From: Euryarchaeota archaeon RBG_19FT_COMBO_69_17
Lineage (GTDB): Archaea > Thermoplasmatota > Thermoplasmata > RBG-16-68-12
Assembly (NCBI GenBank): GCA_001800825.1
Contig: MGWD01000027.1
Span: 13,015 to 63,840, forward strand
Direction: 5' to 3'
DNA length: 50,826 nt
This document shows positions 42,101 to 49,005 of the stretch, in pieces. How positions within the stretch are numbered: the first letter of the stretch is position 1; each line of letters opens with the position of its first letter. A model generated the notes under the pieces. It was not told the origin of the DNA, ran no database searches, and saw only the letters and a program-made list of their open reading frames with translations. Both the position numbers and the translations under genes were made by a program.

Positions 42101-43696
42101 CGAGGTCGAGTCGATCGCCCGGACCGAATTCCGCCGGGTCAAGGCGAAGAGGGTCTCCGTCAGCCCGTCGTCCTCGAAGTCGACGAGGATCTGGCCGCCG
42201 AACTGGTTCGAGAGGGACTGATGGTTCCAGACGACGATGCCATCCGTCCCGCGGAACGCGAATTGGTTCCCGTTGTTCCCCTGATCTCCCGCGACGATGT
42301 CCAGGTATCCGTCCCCGGTGAAATCTGCGAGACTCGGGGTCACGACCGTCGTCTGCGTGGTCGGGCTGTAGATTGCGGCCGTGGTCCCGTTCGGGTTGAC
42401 GATGTAGAAATTCCCGCCCGTTGTCGTGTACGTGATCTCGGGGCCGGGGCCCCCTCGCACGTTCCCGACTGCGGCGCCGTACCCCCAGTCGGATCCGGCC
42501 GCGATGCCGATGGACCATCGGAATGTCCCGTTGTTCGCGAAGAACGAGTAGAGCTCCTTGTCCTGGGACCCGACATAGATTTCCTTGATTCCGTCCCTGT
42601 CCGTGTCGGACAGGGCGATGGGGGAGAGGATCGCGTTCGCGGGGTACAGGCCGGAGTCCCAGAGGTACTGGCCGTCCCAGGTGAGGGCGTACAGGCGCAC
42701 GTCGGAGGGCCCGTTCACCGCGTAAAGCACCTCGGGGTGCGCATCCCCGACGACGTCCGCGACCGTGAGCACGTAATCGACGGGGGCCGTGGCCAGGTAC
42801 TTCCACAGCTCCGACCCGTCCGCCCGCAGGGCGTAGATCCAGCCCGTCGTGGACCCGAAGACGATCTCCATCCGGCCGTCGAGGTCGAGGTCCGCGGCCG
42901 TAGGGGATGCGTAGTTGGATCCGTTCGGGTAGGACCACAGCTGGTTCCAGGGGGTGACCGTCCGGTACGGGGGGACGACGGCCAGGGAGTTGCCGAACTG
43001 GAGGGAGTACGTCGCAGTCTGCATCGCGGGAACCGTGGCCCCGAAGACGACGTGGAGTTCCGTGATCGCGGAGCCCCAGTACGTGTCCCCGTAGATCTGG
43101 CTCGGGACCTCCCGGCCCGCGTCGTCGTAGACTCGGAAGTCCGCGAGGGTCGTCGTCGTGAGGTTCACGGGGAGGACATACCGGATGTCGACGGGTTCCC
43201 GGAGCCGCGAGACGCCTGCGGTCTCCCGGAGGACGATGGGCTGGCGGTACGCGAACTGGCTCCCCGTGCCCTCCGTCCAGGGCGTCCGGACGCGGTGCAC
43301 GTCGAGGACCTGGCCCGCGGGTCCGTCGAGGACATAGCCGCGGAGGGTCGCGTCGAGGATCGTCGCCTGGCGGGGGATCGCGGACAGGTTGAACCGGAGG
43401 GCTCCTCGGTAGATGACGCCCGTCCCCACCCCGACCCCGATCTGGTCGCTCCCTCCGTAGTTGCGGTCAGGGTTCCTCGATTCGATGAAGGCGTCGGCGA
43501 CGGCGGGGAAGGTCCCTTGGGTCGCTCGGGGGGTCGGGGAGGGAGCGTCGGCTGTGCTCGGATCCGCCGCGGGGACGCGGGCCGCCTCGGCCGCCGCGAA
43601 GGCCGGATCCGGAGGGCTTGGCCACGAGGAGAGGAGGATGGCGAAGAGGAGCAGTAGGAGGATGACGCGCGCTGTGCGTCGCTCTCGTGACGGCAT
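39149..43696 (-). CDS. giant (1515 aa) type-I membrane surface protein: signal peptide, two DNRLRE-like modules, FG-GAP/VCBS propeller, six cadherin-like Ig modules, one TM, cytoplasmic globular tail
   Basis: Uninterrupted ORF with GC3-rich codons. The signal peptide is RRTARVILLLLLFAILLSS...AFA|AAE. There are at least six DxDxDG Ca-loop repeats. The V.PVNDAP / DD.PPVL module ends repeat. The TM helix is LLPWLLALAGAGVVIVM, at about nt 39635-39700. Confidence 0.85.
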   Translation of the reverse strand: MPSRERRTARVILLLLLFAILLSSWPSPPDPAFAAAEAARVPAADPSTADAPSPTPRATQGTFPAVADAFIESRNPDRNYGGSDQIGVGVGTGVIYRGALRFNLSAIPRQATILDATLRGYVLDGPAGQVLDVHRVRTPWTEGTGSQFAYRQPIVLRETAGVSRLREPVDIRYVLPVNLTTTTLADFRVYDDAGREVPSQIYGDTYWGSAITELHVVFGATVPAMQTATYSLQFGNSLAVVPPYRTVTPWNQLWSYPNGSNYASPTAADLDLDGRMEIVFGSTTGWIYALRADGSELWKYLATAPVDYVLTVADVVGDAHPEVLYAVNGPSDVRLYALTWDGQYLWDSGLYPANAILSPIALSDTDRDGIKEIYVGSQDKELYSFFANNGTFRWSIGIAAGSDWGYGAAVGNVRGGPGPEITYTTTGGNFYIVNPNGTTAAIYSPTTQTTVVTPSLADFTGDGYLDIVAGDQGNNGNQFAFRGTDGIVVWNHQSLSNQFGGQILVDFEDDGLTETLFALTRRNSVRAIDSTSPNPNTLWTSGVSGAVYAVPAAADVTLDGVEDVLIGSWAGNLYVFDPTTSGGLIRSFPTTTGVTATPAVADLDGDGTMEIVFSSRDRTYAYSTASLGHDFRMTGYNYNMTGRFLDGNSPDGAPLLLPTLPAHESLSGTGVTWRTTDGTTLWAAPGSDYDATRAALALSPATGAWASWNVTSLVQSWTSLAQPNVGLVIKASDESVPGITTLASREGNATFVPVLDVLYNENLEPSIRGTVPNQIYPEDTYSWSLDLTSYSQDPDTPIQLRRWDLAGVNRSLFEYQGGNITGNHTLTFYPQPNAYGSNVVTLIIFDEGNRYDAQPLWVNITPVNDAPVFGPFAPTTMHVRRGAPYYFDFGPHIFDIDNLDSELRLVTNSPHVTGFTGNLTVRFNYPANYAEPWDFVIFTVDDGQLQARHSAAIGVSDDTPPVLIRSLEDVTLWEGELRTGVFDLDDYFQDPDNDALFYSYGASHVEAIIQANHSVDIRALGNWFGAESLTFRAEDPQGAIAEDTILVTVQPVNDPPSIAYLPPFVVHYNETYRFDLAPHITDPDNALSEIRISTDKPAYVTVNGTVLEMLFPFSIPPFLTTPYVLPLVIVANDTVDEGRLITSVSVTDDHPPVLVIPIPDQSFLEDVPRVGAFNLDTYFIDVDPGSTIFYTSGQVNLEVTIRTDHSVDFQSQVPDWYGIEQVTFRARDERGAYSEDTIKVTVRPVNDAPRFTEIPVIVSRDHSFFFNLFDYVWDVEGDALRAWTTHPYVQTQGLLVIFDYPDSVREDLVNVSILDFELATYLTLSVQIVGPDLFSTLLPWLLALAGAGVVIVMTRALRSTTEHVFLIYGGGIPLVHLSRTLTADKDPDLVASMFTAIQAFMNESFHSLGVGELKSIELADHRVALAKGQYVTLLVLYRGRASGRIDRRAQEVVREVEKRFKGVLVDWNGDMDRISDVKLLLERLYGAKETGGFMRGLSPLEAPKGPGPGPANGRT
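39701..41407 (-). repeat. coding tandem repeat: three A/B double modules (~190 aa each) of cadherin-like domains
   Basis: A modules end ITPVNDAPVF / VQPVNDPPSI / VRPVNDAPRF (nt ~41110, ~40545, ~39960). B modules end VSDDTPPVL / VTDDHPPVL. A2 and A3 align along their whole length. Confidence 0.6.
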
Positions 43697-43727
43697 GGAG
43701 CTCCCTAACGATCTCCCCCTGATGGGA

Positions 43728-43749
43728 GGGCGACACAGTCGGGTCGCCC
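43728..43749 (-). promoter_or_regulatory. 7-bp GC hairpin in the putative 5' leader of the giant gene
   Basis: GGGCGAC-N8-GTCGCCC lies between a TATA-like CATTTAGA (43756-43763) and the ATG at 43696. Confidence 0.3.
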
Positions 43750-43931
43750 TGGGGGTCTAAATGCCTTGGTAGCTCGTTATCGGCCCTGATACATCTGAAG
43801 TGCCGACGTATCGCTCGGCGTCGAGCCCGCCCGGGATGGGAATCCGGCCGCGTCCGTGATAATCACGCGTGTTAATGATAATCCCCGGCGACCCTTCATC
43901 TAGCTCGACCCCACATATCTCCCGTTTTGCC

Positions 43932-44075
43932 ATGAAGACCGCACTCCGCAGTGTGGGCACGTGGATCCTCACGCACCCGCGCCTGGTGGCCGCTCTGGCG
44001 TTCACCGCGCTGGTCGTCGCGGCGTTCGTCGTTATGCCCGCCATGGGCATCGCGAAGCCGCGCTGGAAGCCATAG
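43932..44075 (+). CDS. possible 47-aa single-TM protein
   Basis: The sequence is MKTALRSVGTWILTHPRLVAALAFTALVVAAFVVMPAMGIAKPRWKP. It has GC3-rich codon usage like the rest of the genome and one clear TM helix. Confidence 0.35.
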   Translation: MKTALRSVGTWILTHPRLVAALAFTALVVAAFVVMPAMGIAKPRWKP

Positions 44076-44222
44076 GATCAAACGCCCAGCGCCCCACCCG
44101 AGCCGCCATTCGTGGCGGGTCAGTGAAGAACCCGAAGGGGGAGCCGAGAGGCAAGAGCCGGAGCGCGAGAGGGAAGGCGCCCCGGGTAGCGAGCGGCTCT
44201 CCCCCTTACCCTCTTTCGCATT

Positions 44223-45233
44223 TCATTCCTCGTCCCGTGTCGTCACGTCCGCCTCGGTCGCGACTTCGGTCCCTTCTGGGCCTGGCGGCCTCTTTCTCCG
44301 AAACGGCCAGAGCTCCCGCCCGATCTCGCGGAGTCTCCGACGGGCGCCGGGGTGGCGGCTCAGGTAGACCTCGAGGAGCGTGAAGGCCAACGGGGTCCCG
44401 ACGAGCAGGCCCAGGGAGACATTCAGGCCGAACCAGCTGTTCGCGGGTGCCCCCCGGTCCGGGTGCGTGGATCCCCACCACTCGCAGCATCCCGTGCCCT
44501 CGCGGAACAGGGTCAGCTTGATGAGCCCGAACCACGGGAGCTCCCCCCGCGCCCGGCCGACGACGAAGTCGACGGGGATCACCCATCGGTCGAACTTCGT
44601 GATCGTCGTGTAGGCGTTGTGGTCCCCCATCGTGAGGAACCCGTCCCGCTGCCCTCCGACGGCGATGGACCGATCGCCCTCCGTGAGGTTGAAGAACACG
44701 GTCAGGTCCCGGGCCCATCCCGCCCGGTATAGGATGAACCGAGCGATCCCCGCCGTATCCTGCGTCGGCGCGCCGCCCGGCAGGAAGGCATCCCAGTCCT
44801 CCTCCGGCAAACGGCCGAGGTCCGGGACGTCGTAGGCGCCAGCTGTGGCGTTCCAGAGGACGTAGGCGATCGCCCGGTGGATGAACACGGTCCCGCCGAG
44901 GTTCGCGGGATTCCGGAACACGATCACGTCTCCGAAGTCCCCGTAGGTCCCGTGCCCGCCCGCCCGGCCCTCGAGGTACGTGACGACGTCCGCGCGGGAG
45001 TACACGGCCTGCACGAGGACGATGTCGCCCGTGTCGATCGCCCCGATCATGCTCTCCGTGTCGGAGTGCTGCATGCTCCCGCTCTCCACGGAGACCATCG
45101 GCGGCCACGTGCGGGCGTACGTGAAGATCCCCCCGAGGATCGCTGCGAACACGATCCCAGCGAGAAGGAGGGACCGGAGCGTGCGGCGCCATGCTTCCCG
45201 GACGTCGACCTCGGCGTCCTCCGCAGGGTCCAC
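44223..45233 (-). CDS. Sec11/archaeal-type signal peptidase I (S26B) with insertion and C-terminal extension
   Basis: Box B is VESGSM (Ser), box C is GDIVLV, box D is FIHRAI (His) and box E is MGDHN...D. There are N- and C-terminal TM helices and an acidic tail. Confidence 0.8.
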   Translation of the reverse strand: MDPAEDAEVDVREAWRRTLRSLLLAGIVFAAILGGIFTYARTWPPMVSVESGSMQHSDTESMIGAIDTGDIVLVQAVYSRADVVTYLEGRAGGHGTYGDFGDVIVFRNPANLGGTVFIHRAIAYVLWNATAGAYDVPDLGRLPEEDWDAFLPGGAPTQDTAGIARFILYRAGWARDLTVFFNLTEGDRSIAVGGQRDGFLTMGDHNAYTTITKFDRWVIPVDFVVGRARGELPWFGLIKLTLFREGTGCCEWWGSTHPDRGAPANSWFGLNVSLGLLVGTPLAFTLLEVYLSRHPGARRRLREIGRELWPFRRKRPPGPEGTEVATEADVTTRDEE

Positions 45234-45320
45234 GTCCCCCCAAGAGGGCCGGCCTATTCATAGGTCACGCCCGCGAACGATTAAGTAGGGCAGTCCCTTC
45301 GTCGAGGCGCCGAGGGTTCC

Positions 45321-45743
45321 ATGAAGGCGATAGAGGGGAGCCGCGTGATCGTCCACTACCGGGGGACCCTTGAGGACGGATCCGAGTTCGACTCGAGCGA
45401 GGCCCGCGAACCCCTCGAATTCGTCGTCGGCTCGGGCGACTTGATCCCGGGGTTCGAATCCGCGGTCGTCGGGATGGACGCGGGGGAGGAGACGACCTTC
45501 ACTCTCGACCCCGAGCAGGCCTACGGCGCCCACGACGCGGACCTCCTGATCGAAGGCCCGCGGGCCGCGTTCCCCCTCGGGGAGCTCGTCGTCGGCCAGT
45601 CCTACACGTTCCAGCTCGGGCCGGGGAAGGAAGCGGAGGGTCGGATCTCGAGGCTCGACGGGGACACAGTCCTCGTCGACTTCAACCACCCTCTCGCGGG
45701 GAGGCGCCTGACGTTCCGCGTGAAGGTCCTCGCTGTCGACTAG
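45321..45743 (+). CDS. FKBP-type peptidyl-prolyl isomerase, SlyD-like (with IF insert)
   Basis: It has VIVHYRGTLEDGSEFDSS, GDLIPGFESAVVGMDAGEE and DFNHPLAG. Confidence 0.9.
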   Translation: MKAIEGSRVIVHYRGTLEDGSEFDSSEAREPLEFVVGSGDLIPGFESAVVGMDAGEETTFTLDPEQAYGAHDADLLIEGPRAAFPLGELVVGQSYTFQLGPGKEAEGRISRLDGDTVLVDFNHPLAGRRLTFRVKVLAVD

Positions 45744-46942
45744 CGGCCTTTCCGGCGCGTCCTCGTCACGAGAGCGGACCGCGCTCGCGAGGGGGCCCGC
45801 GGGGCGGACATCTCCACGTAGTATTTGTCGAAGTCGTGGACCAGGGGCTCCTGCTGGCTGAACCGCCCGCCCGTCCAGGCGCGGGATCGCACGCCACGCA
45901 TCGTCTGCTCGCAGATCGCCCAGTCCTGCCGGTTGATCTCGTCCCACATGTCGACCGCGTCGCTCGGATCGAACCCCGGCTCCGCCATGACGTCGGGATC
46001 GAAGTACCATTCGCACTCGACGACGGAGTGGCCCGGGGACGTCGGCCAGTCGCGATGGATCATCAGGAAGTCCGGGTGGACGCTGAAGAAGAGGTTGGGG
46101 AATACGAGGTAGTAGTAGATCCGCCGGCGTTCGTCCTCGCGGAGACCCTTGAGGGGCGGGCGTTTCGTGTACCCCGACACGGTCATCGAGTTGTAGTCGC
46201 CCGCGAAGTCCATCCAGCCGCCGTTCCACGGCTGCCGGCGCCGCCCCCTGGCGAGCCAGCCGACGTTCTCCCCGCGGTAATAGGGCGTCACGCGGTTGAG
46301 CCCGGGGTGGATTGGGGCGCAGTGGTAGCACTCGGAGAAGTTCTCCGCGAGGATCTTCCAGTTCGCATCGACCTCGTAGACGCGCCCGTCCACGAGCCGG
46401 AGGTCCTCGAACCGCACGTGCCCCACGCGGTCGAGGAAGTCCCCCAGGGAGGCGCGGAGGCTCGCGCCCTTCGGGTCGAGGGTCGCCCAGATGAAGCCGC
46501 CCCAGGCCTCCGTGCGGACGGGATGGAGCCCATAGTCCGCGCGGTCGAAGTCCCTCACGTCGTCCATGTGGGGCGTCCCGACGAGGGCACCCTCCGTGGA
46601 GTAGGTCCAAGCGTGGTAGGGGCAGACGATGGACCGGAGCTTCTCCCCGCGCTCCGCCTCGACGAGGCGGGTGCCGCGGTGGCGGCACACGTTGTAGAAG
46701 CCGCGGACGGCCCCGTCCTGGCCTCGGATGAAGATCACGCTCTCCCGCCCGATCGTGCGGGTGAAGAAGTCCCCGGGGTTCGGGATTCGCTCCTGGCGGC
46801 CGACGTTCAGCCAATAGCGATAGTAGAACCGCTCGAGGTCCTCCCGGAACACCCGCTCGTCGTGGTACACGACGCCCGGCGGGGTCCGTGCGTCGAGGTG
46901 CTCGTCCCCTCGTTTCCACCGTCGGATCTCGGCCGTCGCCAT
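45740..46942 (-). CDS. Rieske [2Fe-2S] non-haem-iron oxygenase alpha subunit
   Basis: The Rieske site is CRHRG...CPYHAW. The catalytic-domain motif is ENFSECYHCAPIHP. Confidence 0.9.
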   Translation of the reverse strand: MATAEIRRWKRGDEHLDARTPPGVVYHDERVFREDLERFYYRYWLNVGRQERIPNPGDFFTRTIGRESVIFIRGQDGAVRGFYNVCRHRGTRLVEAERGEKLRSIVCPYHAWTYSTEGALVGTPHMDDVRDFDRADYGLHPVRTEAWGGFIWATLDPKGASLRASLGDFLDRVGHVRFEDLRLVDGRVYEVDANWKILAENFSECYHCAPIHPGLNRVTPYYRGENVGWLARGRRRQPWNGGWMDFAGDYNSMTVSGYTKRPPLKGLREDERRRIYYYLVFPNLFFSVHPDFLMIHRDWPTSPGHSVVECEWYFDPDVMAEPGFDPSDAVDMWDEINRQDWAICEQTMRGVRSRAWTGGRFSQQEPLVHDFDKYYVEMSAPRAPSRARSALVTRTRRKGR

Positions 46943-46965
46943 CGTCCTCGGGAGGGAGGCCGCGC

Positions 46966-46975
46966 AAAGATTAAG
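46966..46975 (-). promoter_or_regulatory. TATA-like box for the Rieske oxygenase gene
   Basis: The minus strand reads CTTAATCTTT, centred about 28 nt upstream of the ATG at 46942. Confidence 0.4.
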
Positions 46976-46978
46976 CCC

Positions 46979-46994
46979 TTTCGGTGGCCCGAAA
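46979..46994. promoter_or_regulatory. palindrome TTTCGG-TGGC-CCGAAA immediately upstream of the TATA-like box
   Basis: It has the same half-sites and the same 4-nt spacer as the palindrome at 26771-26788. Confidence 0.45.
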
Positions 46995-47162
46995 CCGTCG
47001 ACGGCCCCGCGGCCTCATCCCCTCGCGGTCCGGCGTCGGCGGCCCTTCCGGCCTCCGTGGCGGAACCGCTTCTCCTTCGGCCGGTCGTCCTTCGCGGGGC
47101 GCTCCTTCCGCTTCACAGGCCCCCGAACGCGCCGGGGGCACAAGGACTTCGCGCCCCTTCGG

Positions 47163-48023
47163 TCAGACGATGGAGATCAAGGCGATCCCCGCCCCGAAGC
47201 ACACGAGGGCCCCGGCGATCCTCGCGCTGAACGCCTCCTTCAGCAGGGCCGCGGCCCCCAGCGTCGAGACGATCGGGTAGGCTCCCGTGACGGGGGTGAC
47301 GAGCGAGGCGGGGCCGTTCGCGTACGCAAGGGTGAGGCTGAACACGCCCGCGGCGCCGCAGGCCAGGGTAACGAGGGCGAGCCGGAGGGCCTTCCCGGAC
47401 CCGGGCCCCGTCGACCGTCCGCCTCTCCGGACGGCGAAGTAGGCGGTCCCGACCGCCGCGTTCGCGGCCGCGTAGAGGAGGAACAGGTTCGCCTCCCCCA
47501 TCCCGTCGACGGCCGTCTTCGCGAGGTACCCCCACACCCCCCAGGCGAGGAAGCCCAGGACGCTGAGGGCGAGGACGGCCCGTGAGGGGCGACCTGCGGC
47601 CCTCGGCTCGATCGCGAGCAGGAGGATGCAGGCGATGACGAGGGCGACGCCGGCCGCCTGGGCGAAGGTCAGGGACTCCTGGAGGAGGAGGACGCCCAGG
47701 AGGACCGTGACGACGGGATAGGCCGCGGTCACGGTCCCGACGACGCCGACCTCCCCGAGCCTCAGTCCCTCGTAGAACATCGCGTATCCGAGCATCCCCG
47801 CGGCGCCCGCGGCGAAGCCGACCGCGATGAGGCCCCCATCCTGCGGGAACTCGTTCCTCGGGAGGAGGAGCCCGAGGACGCCGAAGGCGACGGCCTCCGT
47901 CGCCGCGGCCCCGAGGAGCATGAACCGCGCGCCCTTGCCGTCCGTCGCGGGCTTCGAGGTGAGGGTCCCGATCCCCCAGACGGCCGTCGTGACGAGGGCC
48001 CATCCCAGCCAGACGAGGTCCAC
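47163..48023 (-). CDS. EamA/DMT-family transporter
   Basis: 286 aa from the GTG at 48023 (VDLVWLGWALV...). It has about 10 TM helices in two halves. The upstream 370 aa of the listed ORF are junk. Confidence 0.8.
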   Translation of the reverse strand: MDLVWLGWALVTTAVWGIGTLTSKPATDGKGARFMLLGAAATEAVAFGVLGLLLPRNEFPQDGGLIAVGFAAGAAGMLGYAMFYEGLRLGEVGVVGTVTAAYPVVTVLLGVLLLQESLTFAQAAGVALVIACILLLAIEPRAAGRPSRAVLALSVLGFLAWGVWGYLAKTAVDGMGEANLFLLYAAANAAVGTAYFAVRRGGRSTGPGSGKALRLALVTLACGAAGVFSLTLAYANGPASLVTPVTGAYPIVSTLGAAALLKEAFSARIAGALVCFGAGIALISIV

Positions 48024-48070
48024 GTCCCGGGGAAGGGTCTGGGGTTGATGAGCCTTCGCGGCGCGGCGGC

Positions 48071-48925
48071 TCAGCGGCCCCCCTCGGCCCTCCCGTCCCG
48101 AGGGGGCACCTCCCGGCGCCCCCGCTCCCCGGAGGATGCCAGGGCGGCGCGCACCTCCGCGGGGTCGACGCCCGCCGCGGTCTCCCGGAACCACTCGAGG
48201 GCCTCGCTCGCCTTCTGCGCGACGGCCCCCGGATCCCCGACGAAGGCGAGGGTCTCGAGCCTCCGGACCACGTCGGGCGGGAGCTCCGGGTAGAGGTACC
48301 GGTCCCGGAAGTCGTAGTGGGCGGGTCCGTGCTTCATCCGGAGGACCTCGACGAGGGAGTCGAAGATGAGCCAGCGGTACGTCGCGAGGGCGTCGAGGGC
48401 GTGCCCCCGGCGGATCTCCTTCTCCAGGAACGGGAAGAACATCTCCATCCGCGCGAAGAGCCTTGCGAGGCGTACCTCGAGCTGCTTGACGAACCCCTCG
48501 GCGTCGAAGGGCGGGGGCTGCGTGACGCCCGTCTTGTCGAAGGCCACGACGGCGGGGCCGTGGATCCGCGGCTCGAGGTACTTGTCCGGGGCGGTTCGCT
48601 TGAGCACGGCGAGGTCCACGAGGAGGAACGGCCCCGCGTCCTCGAGCCGGTAGAACGCCTGGGCGATCCCCGATTCCGGCGGGTGCGGGACGACGTACCT
48701 CTGCTGGATTGGGGAGAGACGGGACAGGGTCTCCTCGATCGCCTTCAGAGCGTCCGGGACCCTCGCGTCGTCCGCGACGACGTACAGGTCGATGTCGGAC
48801 CACGGGTCGAGCCGGCCGAACGAGACGGCGCCTCCCTCCCACATCGCGTCCACGAAGTCGAGGGGTCGGAGCCGGTCCTCGAGGGCCTCGAGGATCCGGC
48901 CGCGGTCGGTCCGGAGGGAGCCCAT
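48071..48925 (-). CDS. Pol-beta-superfamily nucleotidyltransferase with helical C-terminal domain
   Basis: It has GGAVSFGRLDPWSDIDLYVV, which matches G[GS]-x(9-13)-D-h-D. Confidence 0.7.
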   Translation of the reverse strand: MGSLRTDRGRILEALEDRLRPLDFVDAMWEGGAVSFGRLDPWSDIDLYVVADDARVPDALKAIEETLSRLSPIQQRYVVPHPPESGIAQAFYRLEDAGPFLLVDLAVLKRTAPDKYLEPRIHGPAVVAFDKTGVTQPPPFDAEGFVKQLEVRLARLFARMEMFFPFLEKEIRRGHALDALATYRWLIFDSLVEVLRMKHGPAHYDFRDRYLYPELPPDVVRRLETLAFVGDPGAVAQKASEALEWFRETAAGVDPAEVRAALASSGERGRREVPPRDGRAEGGR

Positions 48926-49005
48926 GGCGACGCCCGGGATGGCCGCCGGGGATAAAAGGGATGGAGCCCTCGGCCGCGCCGTAGGCCTTATCCGGAGCGC
49001 GGGCC

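Noticed and set aside
43757-44050. The listed 97-aa minus-strand ORF upstream of the giant gene.
   Set aside because: Its N-terminal part overlaps the better-looking plus-strand TM micro-ORF. Its codon usage is rich in A/T-ending codons, unlike all confident genes here. The shorter 58-aa version is kept only as an open question in the findings.
47015-47116. A 33-codon minus-strand micro-ORF encoding a very basic peptide (VKRKERPAKDDRPKEKRFRHGGRKGRRRRTARG) in the 220-nt gap between the EamA and Rieske genes.
   Set aside because: I recognise no family, it has a GTG start without a promoter or SD signal, and such ORFs arise easily in GC-rich DNA. It is worth a look only if Ribo-seq data exist.
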